From Macrostomum hystrix (Eukaryota > Animalia > Platyhelminthes), in NCBI GenBank assembly GCA_950097015.1, contig CATNEN010000038.1, positions 17,174,001 through 17,238,000 on the forward strand: a stretch of DNA of 64,000 bases, given 5' to 3'. The notes under the pieces were generated by a model, which was not told the origin of the DNA, ran no database searches, and saw only the letters and a list, made by a program, of their open reading frames with translations. Positions 12,985 to 23,686 of this stretch are shown one piece after another. How positions within the stretch are numbered: position 1 is the stretch's first letter; the number at the start of each line of letters is the position of its first letter. Position numbers and translations under genes: made by a program.

Positions 12985-13535
12985 CTTTGTTATTGTTTTT
13001 GTTTGCGCTAACTTTCAATTTAACATTTCAAATCGGTTTCCTGTAATTTATGTAGCTTGATTTTAACAACTATTACGTAACTTTTGTTTTCTTTCTCTGA
13101 ATCCCGTTAGAGTTTTATCAAAATCGGATTTTTGTGGCAACTACATCGAATAAATATTTTTAAGCTTTATTTTAGCGCGTTAGAAGTTGTAAAAAATCAT
13201 ATAATTATCAACTAATATTTTGTTGTACTGACTAAAGTGACAGAATTTTTATAGCATTTTCAAATTTCGAACTCAAATTTTGGCCTTATTTTACTAATAT
13301 GCTACTACTTCTTCTAGTAGTATAAACTCTACAATTTTTAACCTAATTAAACATGTTAACGCAGTCGCAGTTAACAACAATATAAGTTCTTTTTTGTTTA
13401 GTTATGATTTAAACTGTGCTAATTTTCCTTAAGTGCCTAATTGACAATCTATATAGCTTTTTTGTTTGATTTCCGTTTCGTGTTTCTTTTCAGTTAAAGT
13501 TCTACTTGCTACGAAATAAATATCATTGTAATTTA

Positions 13536-14239
13536 CGAGGGGTGTTGCAAAAGTTTCCGGACTAATGATAATGCTAATAAGGTGACACTTCGTGTTTGAT
13601 TTGGCTGAAAATTAATGTCTATGGTATTCAGCCGTAGAAAAGACTTCCTAAAATTTTATGCAGCTTAGTCAACCACAGTGAGCGAAAATGAGTCGACCGA
13701 AGAATCCATCGGAGTTCGGGTCTAAGAAAGCCAGCTTCCAACGACTGCTGAACCACCCAGCCTACAGTCCCGATCTCGCCGTCGCCGATTTCCACCTCTT
13801 TGGCCCAATGAACATGCCAATACGGGGCGAGATCTTCACAACGCGCGAGGAGCTCATCGAAGCAGCCAACAAGTCTCTACGTCAGTTCGATGCCAGCTTC
13901 TGGGAGTCTGGCTTCGACAAGCTGATTGAGCGCTACCGAAAATGCATCTCCGTAAATGGCAAATACGTGGAGCGAGCCAGCAATCAACCTGTGGACGCAT
14001 CCGGCGATAGAAGCGACAGTGACAGTGATTGGTAGCTGTAGCTCGGAAATCGTATTTGATGACTATAATAATCTAGTGTAAAATCGCTTATTACTTTGGA
14101 CCATCAACTCCAAACTTTCTGAAACTTTATAATATTATAAAATACAGTTGCCTGTTCGTCTGTTTAAATTTTTTGCTGAATCAGGCAAAAATTATCACCA
14201 TGACGAGCATTAGTCCGGAAACTTTTGCAACACCCCTCG
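13536..14239 (+). mobile_element. Internally deleted mariner element, 704 bp
   Basis: Perfect 32-bp TIRs CGAGGGGTGTTGCAAAAGTTTCCGGACTAATG with TA TSDs. Contains a transposase remnant ORF. Confidence 0.95.
13688..14035 (+). pseudogene. Truncated mariner transposase (N-terminal residues fused in frame to the C-terminal YSPDL region)
   Basis: HPAYSPDLAVADFHLF and the C-terminal RYRKCISVNGKYVE are mariner (D,D34D) motifs. The HTH and first catalytic aspartates are missing. Confidence 0.85.
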
Positions 14240-14609
14240 TATGCTGCAGTGACAAAACAGTTTTTCCTGAAATCGAATTACGAACCATATAAAAAATCCT
14301 GACTAGTGTTTGTTTTCTTTCTTAACACTTATTTTCGTAGAAAAGATTCTATTTAAAATTGTTAGCGTTTTAACAAATTTCTTTGATTTTGTTGTTAGAA
14401 CGGAAAAAGCTCGTTAGGTTATTAAGTGGGGTTGCTTTTATACTTATAAAACTTAGAATTTGCTTGTGTTAAAATGTACACACACGGTTTAAAATGTGGC
14501 AGTAACATTATTCGATCGTTGGCGTAAAGTCTAGATGGTATTGGAAAATTAGTTTTTATCATATTGTGTAAATTCACAGCTTCAGATGTGGCTTAGACAG
14601 CGTCACCAT

Positions 14610-16169
14610 TCAGAGTCGCAAAAAGTCCAGTCGATTCTCGCCAGCATCGCGAGCCAAGCCGCACACGCCGCGGAGGATGCTGTCCACCTGTGTCTCGTAC
14701 TCTTTCGATAGTCGGACCCTGTAGCGCTGCATCACGGCCGTGAAGGTGAGAAATATCTCTAGCTTGGCTAGACTCTCGCCCGGGCAGGCTCTCTTGCCGA
14801 CGCAGAATGGTTCCAGCATCTTCGATGGAGCGTAGATGCCGTCCTCCGTCAGAAAGTGCTCCGGATAGAAAGTGAACGGACGTTTCCAGAGCTTCGGATC
14901 GCGATGCAGTCCAAACAGAAACGGTACGATTGCAGCGTCAGCAGGGATGAGGTAACCGCGGAAGTAGGTATCCTTCAGAGCACGGTGCGAAACGGCATTT
15001 GGCGCCAAAGAAGCCAGCCGCATGCTCTCATCGATCACCGCCAGGGTGTAGTGCAGCTGCGACTTGTCCTGCGGCTGGGGTCGCTTCTCCGTGCCGACAA
15101 CGCTGTGGATCTCCTTCTGTAGCTTGTCTTGAACCTCAGGAAAAATAGCCATATGGACCATGAGCCACTCCAGTGACTTGGCTGTCGTATCAGTGCCAGC
15201 AATGAACAGCTCAGTGCCAACCCTGACCAGTTGGAAGTTTTTGAATGTCTCGAATTCGCCCCTGGCCTCTGCATTTCGGCGCTCTTTGATGTAGGCGTCG
15301 CACAGGCAGCTTCCCTCAGCGTCCGGATCGGCGGCTAGTAGAGCTTCACGCTGCGAAATCTCCTCCTTGACAAATTTGTGAATGTTCTCCACTGTGCTAA
15401 TCAACTTTTTTGTCATCGGCAGGAGATTTAAAGGCCCAGCCAGGTATGGAAACAGAAACGGAAGCGAGTCAATCAGGCCCACGTCGAATAGAAACTTGGT
15501 GTCCTGCAGGAACTTCTCATAGCGCTTTTCCTCGTCGGCGTACCTGCGTCCGAATACGAGCATCGCAATAACACTGTTAGTCAGCGCATTGAAGTGATTT
15601 ATCACCTTGACCTGACCAGACTGCCGTTCCAGCTGCTCAAACAAGAGACTGATTTCTTCGTTGATGAACTCCACGGACTCGGTGCGAGCAAAGCCGAAGT
15701 CTCTAAGGACCCGGAGGGAAACCCGCCGCTGCTCAGACCAGACAGAACCCTCGGTGAACAAAATTCCGCAGCCTTGTGTTAGCTGACCAGCGGATGGTGG
15801 CACCTGTCTGCCTGAGAACACGTCCTCGCCGAGCATTTCTTTGAGCAGTTGGTAGGAAGAAACGACGATCATGAGCCTGTTGCCCATCCGGTACGAGTAG
15901 ATGTCGCCGTATTTCAATCGCATGTCATTGTGGCTCTCCTCCAAGTGCTTCATGTCTAGCCATGGAAGCCGGCCAAGAATTGGAACGCCTTGAGGTCCTG
16001 GTGGTAGTTTAGAGGCGCGATAGCATGATCTTGCGGTGTAGAGCAGAACCGCTGTAGCTCCGACAGCTGCCACAATGCCTCTGACATGAGACTGAACGAA
16101 TTCTCTAGTATTGTCGATGGCTTCGGCGCTAATTAGCTTGCCAACGAATTGACGAATGTTATCTGACAT
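14610..16169 (-). CDS. Cytochrome P450, CYP2 clan, intronless
   Basis: N-terminal anchor, PPGP hinge, WSEQRR, AGTDTT I-helix, ESMR (ExxR), FYPEHF and heme motif PFCVGKRACPG. Confidence 0.96.
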   Translation of the reverse strand: MSDNIRQFVGKLISAEAIDNTREFVQSHVRGIVAAVGATAVLLYTARSCYRASKLPPGPQGVPILGRLPWLDMKHLEESHNDMRLKYGDIYSYRMGNRLMIVVSSYQLLKEMLGEDVFSGRQVPPSAGQLTQGCGILFTEGSVWSEQRRVSLRVLRDFGFARTESVEFINEEISLLFEQLERQSGQVKVINHFNALTNSVIAMLVFGRRYADEEKRYEKFLQDTKFLFDVGLIDSLPFLFPYLAGPLNLLPMTKKLISTVENIHKFVKEEISQREALLAADPDAEGSCLCDAYIKERRNAEARGEFETFKNFQLVRVGTELFIAGTDTTAKSLEWLMVHMAIFPEVQDKLQKEIHSVVGTEKRPQPQDKSQLHYTLAVIDESMRLASLAPNAVSHRALKDTYFRGYLIPADAAIVPFLFGLHRDPKLWKRPFTFYPEHFLTEDGIYAPSKMLEPFCVGKRACPGESLAKLEIFLTFTAVMQRYRVRLSKEYETQVDSILRGVCGLARDAGENRLDFLRL

Positions 16170-16845
16170 TCCTACCTGGTGCTTTGTCTGGCTTTACTGT
16201 TCCAGTCTGGATTGACAGCCGATTCAGTCCGACTGCAAGTTTTTGTGGATTCAGTCGTTGTTTGCTTAGGCTTATGTATGTCTGTCTAATCTAGCTAGCT
16301 ACGTACATGCCACGTTTTAGGGGTAGCAGTTTTCTTCAGCCAACCACATCTTGTCTGTGGTCATCTGTTTACCTCGTCTCTCTTGCTGCGTTTAGGAAAG
16401 AAATAGCATCTGCATAATACGGCCAATTGTTCTTAACAAACGCACGTTGTGTGTCCAGCTTTATTGTACTTATAGGCACATGATTGTTTATATTCTATTC
16501 TTTCATGCAGCACAATGGGGTGGAAATAAGAAGCGATGGCTTCAGAGGGAAAATTAAAATGTTTTGGTTTACTGGAATTTATGCTGGAATTGCAGTTCCA
16601 ATGCAGATGAACGTGTTGGTGTTTTCGAGTTATTGTAATAGTTGAAGACAGGTAGCAATAAATATTTTTGCTTGCGTTTAATTTGAATATCACGCGTGTT
16701 CAATGGTTTGAGTTCGAAATTAAAAGGTCATTTTTTCATGCCTCGTGGATCTGTTATTGTCTTAAGTCTTACATGACATTGAGCTTGAAAACATGTACCG
16801 GACGTCCCGAAGTGTCTCATTGGCATGGTCGCAAATGCTCAATGC

Positions 16846-18030
16846 TCAGATCCGTACAGCAAGCACCTCATCAGCAAAGTCGCTTCGAATCCAGATGCCG
16901 TCCCAGTCGCGAAATGTTTCAACATTCTGCAGCTCCAAATCTTTAGTAGAGTACAGTGCATAGTTCCTAGCTAGCATGAAGTCAGTGATAAACTTGTAGT
17001 GCGGCGAAGATTGAGGAAGACTGTCTGGAGTCCTCCAGAACTCCATCTGCAGCACCAGAATGTCGAACTCTCGGAACAAATTGGCTCCGGTCTTAAAAAA
17101 CAGATGCTCTCCAGATTCTATATCAATCTTCATGATAATCTTCTTTGTTTTTATGTGTCTTCTAAGGTCGTCAGCCCGAGCTGTCATCACTGGAATCGTA
17201 TCGACGACCTGGTTTTTTAAAGTCGCGTCATCTTGATCAGCGTAGCCACCCACAGAGGCGCCACCAACGTTGCACTCACTGTCCGCAACGTCCCAGCTCA
17301 GGTGTTTTAATGCAACTTCGTCGCTGATGAAGCACCAGAATAGTCGGAGATTGTCACCAAGAATGCCGAGACGTTTAGCAGTCAGCTGCAGCCTTATCAG
17401 CGTCCTGATGTTGGCATCCACAGCCACCACATGGTATCCCAGCTCAGAAACCTGCAAAGCGTAGGCACCAATATTGCTGCCGATGTCCAGGAATGTTACT
17501 TCATCAGTGGGAAACTTCTTAAGTGTGAAGAGCATCCTTCGAATGTCTTGGATCTCCCAGTGATGCTCGTCAAGTAATTGTCGGGATATCAAGTCCTGTC
17601 TATCGAAAGTGTAAATTTGCATGACGTCATCGCTAGCGGCTCTGTACATTGTGGCCAATTCGGCAGTTCGCTTGACCACCTCGTACACCTGGTTTGGTAA
17701 GTTTATCTTTAATCGGCACAAAGGAAATCGGCCTTTGACAAGCGTGTAGACCGGCCCGTCCTCGCACAACAAGTTCTGCAGTCTGGGATCCGTGAAATCC
17801 ACATCCCTCAATTCGTTGAACGCCGGACAGTTTTTAAAGTGCACTACACTGAGAAGTCTTGGCAAACCGCCTGGCAGATTTGTCTCCGCCGAGTCAACTG
17901 GAAGCCTTGATGTCACCGAGCGAACTTTTGTCGCTTGTTCACCTGCAGAGCTTTTCAGCTTAGTAAATAAGCTGCCCACTACAGCTATGCACAGAAACAA
18001 TGCAAAAATAATTCTAGGCTTGGCTTGCAT
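16846..18030 (-). CDS. FkbM-family (Methyltransf_21-like) SAM-dependent methyltransferase with N-terminal membrane anchor, intronless
   Basis: FLDIGSNIG SAM-binding motif, VVAVDA and KIDIESGE FkbM signature. Hydrophobic segment IIFALFLCIAVVGSLF near the N-terminus. Confidence 0.88.
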   Translation of the reverse strand: MQAKPRIIFALFLCIAVVGSLFTKLKSSAGEQATKVRSVTSRLPVDSAETNLPGGLPRLLSVVHFKNCPAFNELRDVDFTDPRLQNLLCEDGPVYTLVKGRFPLCRLKINLPNQVYEVVKRTAELATMYRAASDDVMQIYTFDRQDLISRQLLDEHHWEIQDIRRMLFTLKKFPTDEVTFLDIGSNIGAYALQVSELGYHVVAVDANIRTLIRLQLTAKRLGILGDNLRLFWCFISDEVALKHLSWDVADSECNVGGASVGGYADQDDATLKNQVVDTIPVMTARADDLRRHIKTKKIIMKIDIESGEHLFFKTGANLFREFDILVLQMEFWRTPDSLPQSSPHYKFITDFMLARNYALYSTKDLELQNVETFRDWDGIWIRSDFADEVLAVRI

Positions 18031-18318
18031 TTTAGCGATGATTCCACCTGCCAGCTGTTAACGGTCTTTGTGTATTTCGCGAGCTGCAGTGATGGAAGAT
18101 ATAAGTAAATCTAAGCCCTCGAAAGCAAAATGAATTATGCCTCTACTGCAAGAGATTCTTATCGATTAACATCCAATAGTGAAAAGGTTGACACCTTATA
18201 GGCCCTGCTAGTCTAAAACGTATGCCACTTTTCAAGACAGGTTTTTACAGAATTCCTTACTGTCTGTAATTATTGTGGGTTCAGCAATAACTTGGCTCCT
18301 ACGGCTGCTAATGTGTTA

Positions 18319-18532
18319 AAGACTCGTCGAAGACTCGTCGAAGACTCGTCGAAGACTCGTCGAAGACTCGTCGAAGACTCGTCGAAGACTCGTCGAAGAC
18401 TCGTCGAAGACTCGTCGAAGACTCGTCGAAGACTCGTCGAAGACTCGTCGAAGACTCGTCGAAGACTCGTCGAAGACTCGTCGAAGACTCGTCGAAGACT
18501 CGTCGAAGACTCGTCGAAGACTCGTCGAAGAC
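18319..18532. repeat. Perfect 11-bp tandem array (AAGACTCGTCG), about 19.5 copies
   Basis: Read directly; no variant units seen. Confidence 0.98.
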
Positions 18533-18670
18533 AAAAAACAAAGAAGATTAGATGTAAATCTATTTTTAACCGGTTCTGCAGATTTTAAACAACGATATCG
18601 CCATAACCTTTTATTTATTTATTTCTCAAATTAGTCGACAGCAAGAAAACCCATTTACCAGATCAAACAG

Positions 18671-20269
18671 TCATTTCTCGGTAGTGTCACTTGAAGATGG
18701 AGCCGAATTGTCTGACTCTCGTTTGGGCTGTGATTCGTGTGCATCACCGCACGCAGCCACCAGAATAGCTGAAACAAATTAGTTGTCATCCTATAAAATA
18801 TAAGGTAGGACTTCCTAAAAAAGCATCTAGACTTTTATTGTGAGCAAAATTCATCGCCACAGTCAAAAAAGAGTCTGTCTATTTAGAAGGCTGTCTACAG
18901 ATCTCCTTATTAAGGTGATACTATCATAGAGAGACATTAGTAGAAATATTATTATTATTAGCAGTAAGCGAAAGTCGATACCGGCGAGATACAGAGCGAG
19001 AGAATTAGTTCTCAGTTACAGACACTGGGAAGAGTGGCAGTTCTCAGTTACAGACACTGGGAAGAGTGGCAGTTCTCAGTTGCAGACACTGGGAAGAGTG
19101 GCAGTTCTCAGTTACAGACACTGGGAAGAGTGGCAGTTCTCTGTTACAGACACTGGGAAGAGTGGCAGTTCTCAGTTACAGACACTGGGAAGAGTGGCAG
19201 TTCTCAGTTACAGACAGTAGGGAGAGTTCAGTGCTCAGTTACAGACAGTAGGGAGAGTTCAGTGCTCAGTTACAGACAGTAGGGAGAGTTCAGTGCTCAG
19301 TTACAGACAGTGGGGAGAGTTCAGTGCTCAGTTACAGACAGTAGGGAGAGTTCAGTGCTCAGTTACAGACAGTGGGGAGAGTTCAGTGCTCAGTTACAGA
19401 CAGTAGGGAGAGTTCAGTGCTCAGTTACAGACAGTGGGGAGAGTTCAGTGCTCAGTTACAGACAGTAGGGAGAGTTCAGTGCTCAGTTACAGACAGTGGG
19501 GAGAGTTCAGTGCTCAGTTACAGACAGTGGGGAGAGTTCAGTGCTCAGTTACAGACAGTAGGGAGAGTTCAGTGCTCAGTTACCGACAGTAGGGAGAGTT
19601 CAGTGCTCAGTTACAGACAGTAGGGAGAGTTCAGTGCTCAGTTACAGACAGTAGGGAGAGTTCAGTGCTCAGTTACAGACAGTAGGGAGAGTTCAGTGCT
19701 CAGTTACAGACAGTGGGGAGAGTTCAGTGCTCAGTTACAGACAGTAGGGAGAGTTCAGTGCTCAGTTACAGACAGTAGGGAGAGTTCAGTGCTCAGTTAC
19801 AGACAGTAGGGAGAGTTCAGTGCTCAGTTACAGACAGTAGGGAGAGTTCAGTGCTCAGTTACAGACAGTAGGGAGAGTTCAGTGCTCAGTTACAGACAGT
19901 AGGGAGAGTTCAGTGCTCAGTTACAGACAGTAGGGAGAGTTCAGTGCTCAGTTACAGACAGTGGGGAGAGTTCAGTGCTCAGTTACAGACAGTGGGGAGA
20001 GTTCAGTGCTCAGTTACAGACAGTAGGGAGAGTTCAGTGCTCAGTTACAGACAGTAGGGAGAGTTCAGTGCTCAGTTACAGACAGTAGGGAGAGTTCAGT
20101 GCTCAGTTACAGACAGTGGGGAGAGTTCAGTGCTCAGTTACAGACACTGGGAAGAGTGGGAGTTACCGCCCAAGATGGCTACATGAATCCTTGACTTCTC
20201 ACCATAGTTGAGTGACAGCATCACGAGGACGGCCATCGCCCAGTAGATTGTTTTAGCCATAGAGGACAT
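18671..20269 (-). CDS. Putative small secreted peptide, 2 exons (20269-20203 or 20269-20167; 18768-18671), 54 or 66 aa
   Basis: Phase-1 donors (G|GTGAGA, G|GTAACT) join acceptor TTTCAG|CT in frame, giving MSSMAKTIYWAMAVLVMLSLNYAILVAACGDAHESQPKRESDNSAPSSSDTTEK. AATAAA repeats lie about 50 nt after the stop. No homology recognised. Confidence 0.5.
19009..20162. repeat. 31/32-bp minisatellite (AGTTCAGTGCTCAGTTACAGACAGTAGGGAG)
   Basis: The 32-bp variant occurs at both ends and the 31-bp variant in the centre. Confidence 0.97.
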
Positions 20270-20346
20270 CTTGAATAACGCAGCCGGTTTCAAATTTGCT
20301 CAGCGAATCTAAGTTCGCATGAATAAAAACATTGATTAGTAATAAT

Positions 20347-21843
20347 TGATTGGGCCAGATATGCAGCCGAAAGCCGCAGCTATTGTGTGGCGCATCTGAA
20401 GGCTGCGCGTACGGCTGTTCAGTCCATGGACTGGGGAGACGCCACACCCACACTTAATTACCCTAGCTGATGCTGATTCCCATTTAACAGCTGGGTGAAC
20501 TGAAGCAATGCAGAGTTAATTGGCTTGCTTAAAGGACACAAATTGTTCCAGCAAAGTCAGGAATCGAACCCCTGACCTTTCAAGTCGTGAGTCTGATGCT
20601 CTAATCCAGGGGTCGGCAAACTCCGGCCCGCGGGCCAGATGCGGCCCTCGAAGCTCCCAAATCCGGCCCGTTGCCCCTTCTGACATCTACAGTGTCCTGT
20701 TTCATCTCTCCCGTTTCTAATCTCTCCCGTGTCTCATCTCTCCTGTGTCTAATCTCTCCTGTGTCTCATCTCTCCTGTGTCTCATCTCTCATGTGTCTCA
20801 TCTCTCCTGTGTCTCATCTCTCCCGTGTCTCATCTCTCCTGTGTCTCATCGCTCTCGTGTCTAATCTCTCCCGTGTCTAATCTCTCCCGTGTCTAATCTC
20901 TCCCGTGTCTCATCTCTCCCGTGTCTCATCTCTCCCGTGTCTCATCTCTCCTGTGTCTCATCGCTCTCGTGTCTAATCTCTCCCGTGTCCCATCTCTCCC
21001 GTGTCTAATCTCTCCCGTGTCTAATCTCTCCTGTGTCTAATCTCTCCCATGTCTAATCTCTCCTGTGTCTCATCTCTCCCGTGTCTTATCTCTCCCGTGT
21101 CTCATCTCTCTCGTGTATCAACTTTCTGTGTCTCATCTCTCCCGTGTCTAATCTCTCCTGTGTCTAATCTCTCCCATGTCTCATCTCTCCCGTGTCTCAT
21201 CTCTCCCGTGTCTCATCTCTCCTGTGTCTCATCGCTCTCGTGTCTAATCTCTCCCCTGTCTTATCTCTCCCGTGTCTCATCTCTCTCGTGTATCATCTTT
21301 CTGTGTCTCATCTCTCCCGTGTCTAATCTCTCCCGTATCTAATCTCTCCTGTGTCTAATCTCTCCCGTGTCTAATCTCTCCTGTATCTCATCTCTCCCGT
21401 GTCTAATCTCTCCCGTGTCTAATCTCTCCCGTGTCTCATCTCTCCCCTATCTCATCTCTCCCGTGTCTCAACTCTCCTGTGTCTCATCGCTCTCGTGTCT
21501 AATCTCTCCCCTGTCTTATCTCTCCCGTGTCTCATCTCTCTCGTGTATCATATTTCTGTGTCTCATCTCTCCCGTGTCTAATCTCTCCCGTATCTAATCT
21601 CTCCTGTGTCTAATCTCTCTCGTGTCTAATCTCTCCTGTGTCTCATCTCTCCCGTGTCTAATCTCTCCCGTGTCTAATCTCTCCCGTGTCTAATCTCTCC
21701 CGTGTCTAATCTCTCCCGTGTCTCATCTCTCCCCTATCTCATATTTATATAGTCAATGCGGCCCGCTGTCGTCTTTTAGGTTTTCTCTTTGGCCCGCCAG
21801 CAAATAAGTTTGCCTACCCCTGCTCTAATCACTGGACTACAAC
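20347..21843 (-). mobile_element. SINE family A copy split by a hAT MITE (SINE parts 20347-20606 and 21823-21843)
   Basis: The SINE sequence resumes after the TSD as CTCTAATCACTGGACTAC. Confidence 0.8.
20607..21822 (+). mobile_element. hAT (Charlie-like) MITE, 1216 bp, with an internal ~1-kb 16-bp minisatellite
   Basis: TIRs CAGGGGTCGGCAAAC / GTTTGCCTACCCCTG, 8-bp TSD CTCTAATC, and subterminal GGCCCG motifs typical of Charlie-group hATs. Confidence 0.93.
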
Positions 21844-23686
21844 CCAAATAGTGCGAAAAGTGAAAATTAAAAGTATCACAAGGAAAACAAAGCACAAAGT
21901 AATATTACTAATATTATGTGAAACGAACCTTAATTGCTAGCTGAAATTCTGAAAGCTTCGAATAGCTGAAGGTTAGCTTTGATCAGCGTATATTGTTGCT
22001 ATTGTTTATAAGCCCGCTGTCCAATATAATACAATTGTACTGCACGAGCGTCTAGTCGAGCGCTTGAATAGTTAAAACAGTTTGCTGACAGGGGTATGCT
22101 GACAGCAAATCAAATGAAAAGCTCAACTGCCCGGTTGTCTCGACGTCGCTCTGAATAATCCCCTAAACTAAGAAGCAGGACTAAGGATTAAGATTTTCGT
22201 TAGTAGAAAAAAAATTAGTATGAATTCTGTACCCTCTCGGCTCAGCTGTTGATTTTTATTGTCCTTTGCCTATAGAATTGGTTGCCGAGTGTGCCGATTC
22301 TAAAGAAAAAAATAATCCGAAATGTAGTCTAACGGATTAGCTGAAGCAAATAGAGGGTGCATGTACATCCTCGGACTGGAGTTCAAAACGAGCATGTGAA
22401 TTTGTGAGCTTTGGAAAACGTCCTTAAGCTTTAGGGACCATAAAACCGTTCTTTCACACCACTTGTGGCATATTGTAAGCAATTAAAAATTGCCACGTTG
22501 GCCCACTACTACATTGGCAACTGACTGATACTCAGTCAGAAAACTTATTGTCCGCTGCACACTGTCCTCTCAGTCCGCAAAATCCTCAAAGATCCCACAG
22601 TCCTCTCACATTTCTGGCTGTCTTCACAGTGCTCACAGTTCATATACTGTATTATACTAACAATGAATTGTAAAGCATAAAAACTACAAGTAATGATCGT
22701 CTAAAAGTGTTACAATATGATAGAAGCATGTCTTGCAGAACTAATGTCTCTCCAGCAGCAGAAAACCCAATGTCATCCTAGCTGCAGAGAACCAGCATCA
22801 GTCTTTGTGATTTGTATTCACCTGAGGCAGAGCAGGTCTAGCAGGATCATGAGCATAGCTCACTAGCGTGACCAGCTGAGTGGAGTCCATCAGCGCAAGC
22901 AGTGTTTTCGATGCCGCAATTTTCGATTTGAAAATACTCGATTATTCAAATAGAATTCGCAGATTTCAGATCTTAACATAAACTGCTAGCTTTTGATTTG
23001 AAATTTAGCAGCATTGAGAGACAATTAATTGGAAAATAAATTCCTTATGGTTGAAATCGTCCTTTCGAGAAACGTAGAAATCTTTTCAAAAAGAAAAAAC
23101 AATCAAAGCGTTTATTGGCACTTAAAAAACATATTTTAGAGATGATTATATATTTATATGTTATACGCTCGTATATTATTGAGTATATTTGAATAGGACA
23201 TAGGTGAATGGAAGAATACGGTAGAATACTAAGAAAAACGCAAATTTTCTGAAAAGAAGCTCAAAAAAACAAAAGATGTTTTCTTAAACTGCGACAAGAC
23301 AATACATGTAGATATAATATTACATATTGGACAGACACATGCATCTACTTTTGATTATTGTGAAATATACATTTGTTTTAAATTTTTCTATTTTAGTTGA
23401 GAATTGAAAAACGTCGAAACCCGGTTCAGAAGTTCCATATATGCTAGTCCAATTAGTTTTCGAAAAAAAAATTGAAATATATTACATATTACGAGTACAT
23501 ATTACACCTGATTAATATGGCAATTGGCAAATCTTCAACAAGACAAGACAACATATATTTGGACATATCGTATTCATTTTTAGTGTTTTTGATGGCAAGC
23601 AGAGATTTTAGAAATGTTCCTATCGATTTACCATTTCGCCATAAAGTCCCTCTTGCATCGGTAGTGCACCAATTCTCCGTCAGGTT

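Noticed and set aside
14610-18030. Bacterial contaminant or recent HGT island (intronless, GC-richer genes)
   Set aside because: The P450 is a eukaryotic microsomal CYP2-clan type, both genes have eukaryotic membrane anchors, and the flanks contain host repeats.
22650-22960. Possible small minus-strand spliced gene (CAG|GTGAAT donor at about 22822, short intron)
   Set aside because: No recognisable product and an ambiguous acceptor; it cannot be supported without transcripts.
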